Below are positions 12,433-24,794 of a stretch of 64,000 nt of DNA, piece after piece. Under the pieces are notes generated by a model. That model was not told where the DNA came from and ran no database searches. It saw only the letters and a list, made by a program, of their open reading frames with translations. The stretch is from Phallusia mammillata (taxonomy: Eukaryota), in assembly GCA_965637545.1 (NCBI GenBank), contig OZ281494.1, positions 28,830,001 to 28,894,000 of the forward strand, read 5' to 3'. The translations under genes were made by a program, and so were the position numbers. Position 1 is the first letter of the stretch. The number at the start of each line of letters is the position of its first letter.

Positions 12433-14133
12433 TTAAATTTAATTCAACGCTCATATGCGCAAAATCAGTTAATGTTCTGATTCGAACGTCTTCTGTGTTC
12501 TATTTGAAACTGACAAACGTCCAAAACTGACTTTCTCCAGTTTAATTTTTGCCTTAAGATACTTATAGCTATTTATGCTTTCGGGCTTGTGATAAGTAAA
12601 TCAACGGTATCTGTGACCTTTCGTACTTTCGCCCTACATCGGAGATCACAGGGTGGCCCAAGTAGGAAAGTGTTGCACGGCCCCTTAAAACTTGCATTGC
12701 GGCGCATGATTTGCTGACCGGTGCCTCAAACTATACCTCCAGTGCCGCTTGTGGCGAAGTTGTAGGCAGAACATAATGGTTGTAATGATATTGGCAACTA
12801 ACTGTTTAGTGTGTCAACGAAGCAAAGTAATTTCGATCATTTTACTAAAGTTACACCTTGCTTGTTGACCTCGATGAATTAATATTTTCTTGCCTGCATC
12901 TAAAACTGAACCTCTTTTTCCTATTTAAATGACGGCGAAAAAAACCTTCAAAGGCTAAGCAGTTGTTGCCAATAATCAAAATTCCTTTCCTGTTATTTAA
13001 TAATCTTGTCCACGGGATCTATATTTGTCTTTATATTCAGTTAACAGGAAGACAGGGACAATATGAGTGCAGTTGGATTATCGCCAAAATTCGTGGAAAA
13101 TTTGTGGAAGACCCAACCAAACTCATTTCCTTTATAGTGGCATCTCGGTACATGCGGTGATGGAAAATAGACAAGACAATAGAATTTAACTATTGACGTC
13201 TGATGCATAACGTCTGACGTCTTTCACTGAGGTCATATTTTTGGGGGGTTCATAAACAACTATGTCCATCAAAATTATTAAACTACATGTTTACAAAAAA
13301 ATGAAGGTAATTAAGCATGATAAACAATCCTACAATTTATGTATATTTTTGTAAAAGTTGTTTGTAAGTTTGCTGTTTGTATGCTGTCCTTTGAACAGAA
13401 TTTAGGCGACCTGCGGCGTGTTTATGATTTTAAACATCTAATTTGACATGTAAAACTGTTTAGATGCAAGTAAGCAATTGCGAACCTTATTTTCAAAGTT
13501 GAATCGAATTAAACATAAACATATACCAAAAGTCAATTTGTTGAAAACCAAATTTAATTTATTTTGTGAAGTTTTTTGAGAGGATTGTAATTCAGAACTA
13601 TGTTGTTGTTTTTCTGTTTAACGGAATGTTGTTTGTAAGTTGTTGCGACATATTCCAATGCTATAACACAACACAAGGAAGTAATAGCCTAAATAAGCCG
13701 GCAGCCTCGGGGTATTAGAAACCGTTTAGTACTTCATCTTTTTAACTTGTACCAAACTTCCTTTAAACTTTGTGCGAACCTCGAAAGATGACCTGATGAT
13801 AGGGTTGACTAGCATATAGTAATTCATTACACGACTTTCGAATCAACAAAACGTCAGCGGTTGAGGCGCATACGAAACTCTATGAAAGGTTGGATTATTG
13901 CTTTCCCTATAAAACTAAATTGATTCCATGTTTATTGAGCAAAACAATAAAATTTAAACCTGACAACCTGTCCTTAATATAGAGAGTCATTTTTGTTTGC
14001 CATGTAGCCCGCGAGGTCTGCTTGACGCATAGCTAAATAATTCAATCATTTAAATTACTGGTTTTCAAAACCAATCGGATATGTCCGTTAGCTGTGTCTC
14101 ATGCCAAACATAAACACATTTCTATATGCACTA

Positions 14134-14306
14134 CACTAAACCTCGGCTAAATACGATTAGGTTAATCCGGATCTTGGCCTAATTCTGGCAAAACGTGAGG
14201 TACAAACGATTTGTAATGTGGTCGGGCTTAGACTAATCGGCATCGGTTCGCCTAATCTCGACAATTTGTTTGGTCCAAACGGGTCCCGATTAACCGAGGT
14301 TTGCTG
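14134..14306. mobile_element. pogo/Tc1-mariner-type MITE
   Basis: 17-bp imperfect TIRs (CACTAAACCTCGGCTAA and TTAACCGAGGTTTGCTG) with TA on both sides. Confidence 0.75.
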
Positions 14307-15325
14307 TAGATCAGTATGCCCTGTCTCATCCCAAGTATAAACACATTCCTCATTACACTACTTTCCTAGATGAGGCTGCTCCCACATTGCGTAACCCTGC
14401 TGCAACAAACTCGTAAACAAAAAGCACATATGGATGCTATGAGCTCATTTGCCAAATCATTGACCTCTCATAGTAACAATAACCAATCGAAAGGCATGTT
14501 ATTAAACACGGAAGTCTGAAAATACGTCATGTGTTTTAATTTATATGTCTATGTGCAGTTTAGGGATTTTCAAACGTCAAGCCCTTGGTGTGGCGTTTGG
14601 CTGACAAAGTTTATCAAAAGCATAACTCACTTTCTAAATCTGTTTTCCTTTGAATCTGTTGTATTTCAAGGTATTGTTTTCGAAAATAGCACCCTTTTTA
14701 TTATTTACGTTGCAACGGAACATTCACGCTTAGTAAATTATAAGTATTGGCGTTGTCGATCAACTTAATCGTAAGCAGTGTTCAGTGCAACAGTAGGTAG
14801 GGAAATTCAAAACACTTACATCACATCATGTCTTTCTACAGAACCCGTACATGGTAAGTCAAACAATACTACGCCGTTCAATTAAGAAATGTAGCTCAAA
14901 AATGGTGTCCAATGTTTAGTGGATCGTGCCTTGCCTACTCCACCATAACAAAATATTATAAATACAATATCATTGAACAGTGGTTTGTGGTAAGATAAGA
15001 TTGATACATTGTGGTAAGACACGATAAAAAATGTTGTCGATTGAAAGCGTTGTTGTATTGTTACTAAAGTTTTTTTTACAAATGCTGGAAGTTTCTAGCG
15101 ATTTTTGATTTGTCACAAAACGCTACACGCGACATACTTAATCAAGCGTAAAACGACACGCGACGGTGTGTGTTTATTTATTTTATTGTTGGAAATCGTT
15201 TCGATTTTAAGAGGTTGCTTCTTATAACGTTTTATGTTTATCTCATGATATTTAAGCCTTCAATTAGCAGAAGATTCTTTTCCGTTTTAGATTTTTGACT
15301 TTCGTCTCCAGCAAGTCAAAGAACA

Positions 15326-18300
15326 ATGAAAAAAATCACCTATTTCTGTTTTATTATTAGTAAGTTTCTTGCTATTATATACTTCAATTTTAAGTTGTCG
15401 TACTAACATTCCAAGTCTTTGATAGAAGTTATACTAAATATTTAGGTGTTGTATACTAATGTGTTTAAATGATATAAAGAAACACTATTAATGTGCTTCC
15501 AGCAAATATTGAGATTACAATTCAAACTTTTTTTCTTTAGATCTTGGACTTTCCTTGGGCCAAAACTCTCTTGTATACCAACTGACTTACACAGATTTTG
15601 ATGAAACTCATTATGATAAATGTGTCCGCCTGTTAAATGGTTCTCATCAAATTGGTTGCCAATGTAAGTAGAAATGTAATCTGGTCAATTTATAAACCCC
15701 CCCTTCATATTTCAAACCTTATTGTTCATAAACTAAGAATATTGTAGCAAGTGTGAAGTGACTGTATTAGCCTGTTACATCACTCTTAATTTGCCAGAGT
15801 CAAATTTAAATACCAAGACAAAATGTATTTTTTCCATGCTACTCTATGTGTAACTGTCTTATATTAAACTTGTTCCTTTTCAATTTTACAAACATATGTA
15901 AGAAATTGTTACACTTTTGTGCTTAGTTTACTGGGTTATACAACTTGGTGTTTTTTTCAGCTACAAATGCTGGAAATGTTGGCGTGCTTCATATTATAGA
16001 CAGTCAAAAAACAAAAGAAGATTTTTTTAACAAAGGATATCTCAAATCTTATGTGACTCTAGTTGATGCAATTTTTTTTGGAAAGTAAGTTAAAACCAAG
16101 TTTTAAACAAGATTGGGGTAGCAAACCCTAAAATATTATGTACTTTTCATTTCCTTGGTGTCTAAATAACTTATTGTTCTTTTATGCATGTTTGTATCGT
16201 TAAAATGATGTTGTACTGCTGGAAAAGGAACAATTAATGCTTAAATTTCGCTATTTCTGTTCTTCCTCTATCTTGTTGTATTTTATGTACAAAACATATG
16301 TTATTGAAAAAATACCAAAAACATTTTTCACAGTTAAAAAATAAGCTTATTTTTACCTTATACCTCACCCACGATCATCTGGCTACACAAGGGCCTGTAG
16401 TTTGGCCAATATTTTTTCCTCATTTTACTTTTGAATTTAGGAGTATTGTGCAAAGGTTCAAAGCTAGTGGGAAAGTTCAAGGTGTGATTGTGTATGAACC
16501 TGACAACTTTATAGTACAACCTTGGTCTCCCGAACTTTCATGCCCTGGAAATAGATTTGGTGAGCTAATGTAACTGTGTGTCCACTTATTGAAGGCAAAT
16601 GTTTTTTTAGATAAAAATACCTTAAAAGAATTAAACATAATATATGCATACAAAACAAATGTTTTTTGTCTTATTTTTGGTGTTTGACCGAAAAAATGGT
16701 TTTAGTCTAAAAGTTTTGCACTGTAACTTCTACCTTGGTTGGATGCTATCTTTTGTAGACTTGCTTCCTACTCAATTGCTATGATCAGTAGTTTGGTGCT
16801 GTTTGACTGTACAGATCTATCATATTTTAACAATGAACAAATTTATGTGGTTCTACAAGTGTAAATAAAATCAATGCTTAAGAAAAGTACAGTTAAAACA
16901 AGAACGTATAGTTTCCCAACCTTGGCACACAAAATTAAAGAATGCCTTCTTTACTCCAGGCTTGTGCTGTCCAATACAAATATGGGCAAAAAGTGGTCTG
17001 TATTCTTATCGTGAAAACCGGCCTTCTGTATCAAATGTTGGTATCGAAAACTGAGGTAAAATATTTTGGTACAGAGCCCGAGTATCGATAGCACTAAATT
17101 CAATAGCGAGTACCGGGTACTCATTCCGTCACATGTAATTTCCCAACCTACAAAAACAAAGAATGTTACATTTACACCAGGCTTGTACAACTCCTCTTCG
17201 GGCTCTGAATACCAAAACTGCAACAGTGGAGCTTATCAATGGAATCCAACAGGAGATGGTCTAACTGAAGAAGATATTCCTTTTCCAGTCTTTTACTTGA
17301 AAAACAGCACAGATCGAGACCGCTTGATTAATGCAAGTGTTTACTATCTTGTGACATAAATCATTTGTGTGACAAAGAAACATGATTATGAATAACATGT
17401 CATAAAAAATGTAAACTTTGATTAGTTGAAACAACAGGTTTACTGTAACACAGATGATATTGTTCCTTTGCAACAAAAAACATTTGTAATTTAAAACCCT
17501 CTTTTCCTGCAGTGTACAAACACACACAACCAGGATGATACATACCCACTCTGTGCAGTACAAATGAAGTCTAGAATGTTTGGTGCTGTAGACAGTCAAA
17601 CATGCACCAGACGTTCAAACTGGCAAACCAGCCTTACAGCAGGTATGCATTGCACATGACATAAACATATTTTATGAAAAATTTTCAACATCATGGTGAT
17701 TCTGAAAAACTGTCTTACTGGGCTAATAACACACTTTGTATATATTATTAAACATATGTGATTTCTTGTTTGTTTAATGATCCTTTTTGGGATAGCATAT
17801 TGGTCAATTATTTCTACATAATAAATGCACATTCATATTGTGTTTGTTAACAGAGGGATATTGTGACCCAATCGGTGGTCGAAACATTGTTTCATCCTTG
17901 CAAAAGCTGTCAACAAGCAGTACAGTAGGCACAATCCTAGTTACTGCCCCAGTAAGTATACCATCTAAGTGACTGCCGACAGAAATCTACCACAATAACT
18001 TACAGTATGCCAGGCCCATAGAAGGCGTAATACCGAATAATCCGGTCACCAAGCAGTATTATATGACAAGGCATAGGCTAGAAGAACAGAGCCTGCAGTG
18101 GGATTTAAACCCATGAAATGAGTCTTTACGAGACTCGCCTTGTGCCAACTGAGCTATGCAGGCTCTGTGATAAAGCTTTCGAAAGTCGAATATGCATGTT
18201 CGCTGGTCTGCATAGGCGGGCAGATCCCAGTTATGAATTTTTGTTCATATTACGGATACTACAATAACAGTTAAAATGCTTTTCCATTTTATTTGAAGTT

Positions 18301-21300
18301 TCAGAGCCAATAATACATTGTGGTACATCTGAAATATTTTGCAGATTGACAGTCGAAGCTTCATGTCAAGTTTTACATCCCCAGGCAGCGATCTGGCCAC
18401 TGGATTTATTACTCTACTTGCAACAAGTAAAGCGCTTGGAAATCTAAACAGCGCAGACAAGTCTTCACTAACTAAAAACATCATATTTACACTATTGGAA
18501 GGGGTAAGGTGTCATGTTAAATTGTAGCCTAAATCTAAACCACACAAGCTGATTTGAATCTTTGGTGTTTAACTGATAAACTCAATCAAATCAACATTTT
18601 CAGGAGGCATTTGACAACCTTGGGACCACCAGAATGTTGTATGACATGAAAAATGGCAACTTTCCTTTGGAAAAAGATGAAAAAAATGTAAGTTCTGTAT
18701 TTTTGTTTATTTTTGTATCAGTGTATACCTGCAACATTTCAATTTTGTTGTACAGAAAAACTCTTTACCTTTTCCAATTAAAATCGACAACATCACAAAT
18801 GTTGTGGAATTTCGACAGCTGGGTAACCTGGCAGATAAGCTGTATGCACATTATGACCCTGTGTCTTACTCCAAGAACCCAACAGAGGTACTTAACTTAT
18901 GTATATGAGTCACTAGTCATTTTTACTTGGGAGTTAGGACCAGTATTTCTGAACCCTGTGTCAATGTAATCTAATTAGTCAAACTAGGATGTGGTTTTCA
19001 TGATTCTGTTACCACCTACATGATTTAAATATATTTTTTATTTGTTTCCCCCAAATGTTGTAGCAAAAAAAATATGTGGCAAAAAACATTTTGAATGTTA
19101 GTGTGAAAAAAATGTATTGAACATGCTACCAACAAGCAAAAGTTAAAAGTAATGAAACCAAACCTTTTTATGAACTGCCAATTATTTTCCTTACATTTTT
19201 TTACAAAGAATAAAATATATTGATAATATGTATAATAATGGCACAGGAAATGTTAGATGTAAGAGACTTAGATGTAAATCCTACTTTCACACAGCTTGAA
19301 CTAGAAAAAAAGTTTCCAATATCACATAAATCCAATTTAATGCCAAATTTAAACTGACACCAGATTGACCAAATGGTCCAGCAACTAAACTCGACAAAAA
19401 CCAGCATAACTGTGGCAAATCAACCATCAAACATAGGTCTGGTTCCTTCCTCCCTGCAAACCATTCTCAGAGAAAGGGAAATCCCCGGAGTTGTACTTAC
19501 CGATTACGGCAAAAACTTCAAAAATCAGTAAGTATGTAAAACAAGGTGTTGATAACCAATGAAAAAAATCCTTACTTTTTAAAAAAGGTTTAAAAACTAA
19601 ATATAAACTTGATATTTCACTTTTTTCCTGCAGGCGTTATTTCAGTCGCTATGACACTCTAAAAAATCTTGGAATTAAATATAACGATTCAACATCGGAC
19701 GATGAAGTTCTCCTACAGTTGCAGCCACTGGCAAAGGTAAAATATTCGCGATCCGTAATGCCGCGCGAAACCACGTCTTTGCCTCATGTTTTAACGCGAT
19801 GATGCGAACCTGCGTGTGGTCACCACAAACGGAAAATTTGTGACTTGGGTCTAGTCGCCGATTTTTCACTTTGCTCTTCGGATCATTACAGTTCACCATT
19901 TGCCACAGCGATGTTTCTCTGCAGTGAAACATGGCTGCCTGGTGGAACTCAGAAAATATCCTTCCTTTAGGAAGCTGACCCGCTCTACGTGCGGTGTTAG
20001 TGTCCGACAGGTTGGAAACACTTTTACCGCAAACTGAAAAAAAGAAACTCGAACTAAATACACAATGCCTTTAATTACTTTCTGCTGAGCGTTTGAAAAT
20101 CATCTGATTTTTCAACTTAAATATTTACAAGCTGTTTTGGGTCAATAAAGATTTGTACAAATGAATTATTAAATGATTGGTGTTTCAAACGGATAAACTG
20201 CCTGTTTTTAGATGTGTACGTATTTAAACTTGTTTTGTATGTATACGCAAATATAAGACTACAACTTCGTTTGCTTGAACACATAAAATATCACAATTTG
20301 ATATTACTTGCCCACAATTGGTATATTTCAACAAACAAGTTTCACTCTTTTTTAAGAAACTAACTGATGTGGCAACCATGGCAGCAGGAATACTGTACAA
20401 ACTTGCCAGTGGAAAAACGACAGTACCCACAGATGTTAAGGTGGAAAGCAACTTAACAGCTCAACTGCTATACTGCTACCTCTATAAGGCAAACTGCTCG
20501 TTGTTTCAAAAAGTTCTTCCCACGAATCAAGTTTCTGCTGTAAAACTGCCGAATTCGCCCTTGCCAAGGTATTTACATGCTTTTTTGTTATATATTTTTT
20601 AAAGGTTGGAAATGTCTATAAAGACAGGCCTGTTGTTTCGAAAAGCGTGTATACTTTTAACCGGCACACTTTTAACTTAATATAAATGGAATTAAAAATT
20701 GCGTGTAACATGATTTCTGTGTTAAATGTTGTCATATGTCAGTGGTTCTCAAACTTTTTTGAGCGCGACCCAAATCTGAGTTTTATAAACACTTCACGAC
20801 CCAAACCTAAAAAAAATTTCTTTTATTTCCTTGTACGAATACTTACTCATACTCTAACGCTAACTGTCACATGGCCAAGTTCAGTTAACGCAAGATTAAC
20901 TTATCCTATTATTTCCCGTGCTATGACGTTACAATCCATGTGCGAAACAGTATAGTGGGAAGGCTATTGTGTGCGCCAAAGTATATGTGTGAGCGACCCT
21001 TTTTTTACCCTGTGCGACCCATGTTTGGGTCGCGACCCATACTTTGAGAACCACTGTCATATGTCATCCCGTTTTTGCACATGCACACTTGATTTTTATG
21101 TCACCTTTGCATGGTATCATTGTACATACGTGTGATTAAAACCTTTTGTATAAGCGACGCACACTTGTACAACGACAACTTACGTTCAGGTACACGTCAG
21201 TTTACCAAGGAGCCAACACTCTGACGCTACCTAGCGGATTTGCCAGTTATTTACTCGTGTACTTCACCGGTGTAAGCCAACCGCATCTCAACCAAACGAC

Positions 21301-22779
21301 TTGCGTGGCAAATGCATCAGTAAGTGCTCATAACTCCACTGTTGAATACATATCAAATTTTGAATAACCCCGCCCCTGTCTTAAATTGCCACTGACTAAG
21401 GCATTACGTAGAACAGAATTATTTAAGCAAAAGCATAGCATGTTCTGCCAAATTTAAAAGGTGGTGTTTGCTTTGTAGTGCGTGTAGTGTACGCATATGA
21501 TTTTGTACCATGTTTCAAGCTGTTACTTGGGTTATTATTAAGTTATAATCTGCCGTAAGTATGTATAAAAGTTTGCTTTACGTATTGGTCAATATGTGTG
21601 TGGAACAAGCTTTTCCTCCTACAGACATATATTATTATTATTATAAACCAGATACGTTTTTAATATAAACTTGTTTATTTTGATTCCCCAGGACCAAACC
21701 TCTCGGTATTTTTACTTAAGTGGGCCAGTTTATAACTCTACAACTCGAAACAACACGTGTGTGATGTCATCAACGTTTGACACTGCCGCTGTGTCGCCTG
21801 CATTGCAACAAAACAAGTTTGATAAAGGTAAGTGTATTCTGTCAAATAGAGCATATGGCTTTTGTGAAGGTTTTTGACCTTAAAACATTATTGTTGTGCC
21901 ATATACAGATAGTGCCAGCACCGCCGGACTATGGACTGAAAGTAGGTGGTCAAAGAACGCCTTTAAATTGACCATGTTTCTTCAGCAAGACGAAACTAGC
22001 CAGGTAAACAGAAATACTTTTGTGAGCAAGAAGGGTGTTTGAGTTATGCAGACCAATATACACAATTTGTATTTTGAGATGTATTTTTTCTTATAGTTTG
22101 TCAGTTTCTCCGGTAAAACTTTCATGGATTAATGTGCAACCAATTCATTTGCATAGATAACAGCAAAAAACAAAAATTATACCATAAAGTAGTAGTTAAA
22201 ACTGTTTGTGGTACAAGCTTAAAAAAGTGAGCAAACCTTGGTTAAACCCCATTCGGTTTATTCGAATCTTCGCCTTATTTAGGTAAAACAAATCAAGGTA
22301 CAAACAATTTGTGGTGTTTCTTATACAAAGCGCACACAATCCAAAAAAAAACGCTGATTCCTCATCAACCAATCGGGATTTTATGCTTTACAATGGCAAT
22401 TTGGTAACAATTTAGTTGCACTTATGTTGTGGTTTATAACAACTGCCAGTACAATCGTGTTCGGATTCACCGAGGTTCATGTAGAGTTGTAGATTGTAGA
22501 GAACCATCAAGTCGTGGGAATGGATACGCGCACGAACACAGTTAAATTTAACAATGCTTATATTTTTCTCCATTTGTTTTCTGTTGTTAAATTATTTTAC
22601 GACTATAAAAAATAAAGTGTCAACGAATAGTCTCAGAAGAAGAATCAACTGAAACTTTGTGTTATTCGCAGGGAATGGTTCTGCTGGCTGGTTGCATCAT
22701 GCTCGTCTTAGGTTTTACATCCGTATATTTTGTCAACTCCAAAGCAAACGTGCTTTTCCGTTCGACACCACCATTATGA
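15326..22779 (+). CDS. NCSTN: Nicastrin (gamma-secretase subunit), 17 exons, 700 aa
   Basis: Exons 15326-15359, 15541-15663, 15961-16084, 16441-16559, 17181-17332, 17513-17642, 17854-17951, 18345-18503, 18604-18687, 18756-18887, 19364-19527, 19634-19736, 20357-20568, 21190-21319, 21692-21827, 21909-22003, 22672-22779 sum to 2103 nt with all phases matching. Hallmarks: CVRLLNGSHQIGCQS, WNPTGDGL, PLCAVQM, CDPIGG, IDSRSF, GEAFD, PSSLQ, WTESRW, single C-terminal TM followed by KANVLF. Confidence 0.97.
18090..18163 (-). pseudogene. tRNA-Thr(CGT)-derived degenerate tRNA-like element in nicastrin intron 7 (antisense)
   Basis: Minus strand GCCTGCATAGCTCAGTTGGCACAAGGCGAGTCTCGTAAAGACTCATTTCATGGGTTTAAATCCCACTGCAGGCT. 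Has an A-box, a variant B-box GGTTTAAATCC, a perfect acceptor stem, a GTCTCGTAAA loop and a T discriminator typical of Thr tRNAs. D-stem is broken and there is no downstream T4 terminator. Confidence 0.6.
20740..21056. mobile_element. hAT (Buster/Charlie-type) MITE
   Basis: TIRs CAGTGGTTCTCAAA and TTTGAGAACCACTG; perfect 8-bp TSD TCATATGT. Confidence 0.9.
22231..22481. mobile_element. pogo/Tc1-type MITE, same family as 14134-14306
   Basis: GCAAACCTTGGTTAA at the left, TTCACCGAGGTTCATG-TA at the right, and a shared internal CGGTTTATTCGA. Confidence 0.55.
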
Positions 22780-23065
22780 CGTGCTGCCGAACCCTATTAA
22801 ACCAGGGCATTGTGTTTTAGCGGTAAGCCACAATCCATTTGAATAGAAAATTGCGTTCTGTGGCCTTGCTTTGCTAGGCCAGTACTAGAACATGATTTTT
22901 TCGAATTCTGTTTAAATTCGTTGTTTATGTGCTGAAATAGTACGACATTGGATTCACAGTAACATTTTGCCTTACTTGTCCGAATTTTTCTACGCCTGTT
23001 GTAGAGATTACCATGACCAACGTTTGATAACTGTATTTAATTCCTCTGCAATCCTACACCAAGAT

Positions 23066-23071
23066 AATAAA
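23066..23071 (+). promoter_or_regulatory. Candidate polyadenylation signal for nicastrin
   Basis: First AATAAA I found after the stop codon, about 290 nt downstream. Unverified. Confidence 0.35.
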
Positions 23072-24794
23072 ATGTATGGGAAATCCTTATTGGGGTCCAA
23101 GGGAAAGTAGTTAATCTACAACCTTATGGGTTTATGGTTTTGCTCTTTGGAAATTGTAAAATCTCTTTCCACAATGCAAGTTTTCATCATTGTGTCATGG
23201 GTGTATTTTCTATTCTCTTTAAAAAAGTAAAAACAGTTATATGTGACAGTTTGTTTACTGTACTTGACAATTTGTGTTTTTTTATTTCCATATCTTTGTA
23301 AGTCTTGCAAAAGTTTGCCCGATTTTTACTGATTTATCGCCAGTTTTGTCAGTTAGGACTTCTTTTCCATTTGTATTTCTTTTAATTGGTACACTGTGAT
23401 TGTTCAGCATAAGTAGAGCTGAACCCTCATAACAATTTCGATTTGGTCTTTGTGCATCCTAAATCCCAAACCGTAGCCTAGTGTCAGTTCAAACAGTTAA
23501 TTGCAAGTAAATCATTGGCAAGTTGCTATTTACCAGAAACGTCCGTGATAGTTAAATGCACTATTTTTTCATTAGGATTTCTGCCCCAAATGTTAAAGCG
23601 TCTACCTTGTTTATTTACTTTTTGGCAACTTCTCGTGCTATCATTAGTTCTCTTGAAATAAGACATAGAAGAAAACTGCATCACCATAAAGGTTGTTTTG
23701 AGATATTATAAACCTGATTTTTTAATCTTTGGACCAGTGTCTTTATTAAAAAGATACAAATTCCATTGTGTTGTGTTTTTAAGTACTAAATTTTTGTCTG
23801 TCGGCCTTGTCTGTTGATTTATAATAATGTTTGATACCCGCAGTTCCAAAGCGTTTTTGAACTGTGATGATGAATTTTATTTTTGACCACATTGACTTCT
23901 TATACGCGAGTTTAGAACAAATTACCTTACTCACTTAATCTCCAAAAAAATCTTTAATCCATAAGCTTTAGTTTTTAGCACTTCATGCCATTCAAATTGC
24001 ATTAACGATTTAAGTCTCATGACAAAAGTGCTTTTACTTGTGTTTTTATGTATTTCTTTCTTTGTAATCATGCGCCCTTTTCTTTTCATTGGCAAAAGCA
24101 GCGAAAAAATGCCGATTTGTTAGTAACAGATTGCTGGGGCAGTAACGATAAATGGGCGCAAAATAAAAACAAAAACAAGATACCATCAACGGTTTTCGAT
24201 GCACAATACAAACAGGTGGCTGTGTCAGGAACAAGCGGTTTAGACGTGAGATCACACACAATTTTACGTGCAAAATCCTTGTTTAGGTAGAAGGTGCCAC
24301 CGGAGGAACTACTTTATTGCACTGCAGCATGTAACTCGAAATATGTTTTTTTCAACCACTAAGAAAGGATGGCGTTAACTGAATGTATGTTTGTTGCTTT
24401 TGCTTTCTAAAAGGCATCATTGTAGATTTTGTGACCAGTGAAATCCCATTTTAGCATTTAAGTAACATAGTCCAAAAGGTAAATTGACCATATGCAAATT
24501 AGGCATAAGTGGTCCTTAGTATTGCGTAACACAAGTGTAGGCGTTAGAAAGTAGTGCTTTGGGCTCCCAAAGTAGTGGTCACAGGAAAAACGTAGCAAGT
24601 ACAGGCAAAACACCTGCACTTAAATAAATGCAAAGGTAAAACCACAATGTCAGGCGTCTGAACTGCATCATTTATAACGTATGTTCGCTTCTAGTTTGAA
24701 GACCTTTCCCATAGAGTTTCATTCTTCCTTTTACTTCTGGGACTCAACCGCATTGAATTCGATTTTGTTTCCAATTCATAGCGCAAAAATCTGG

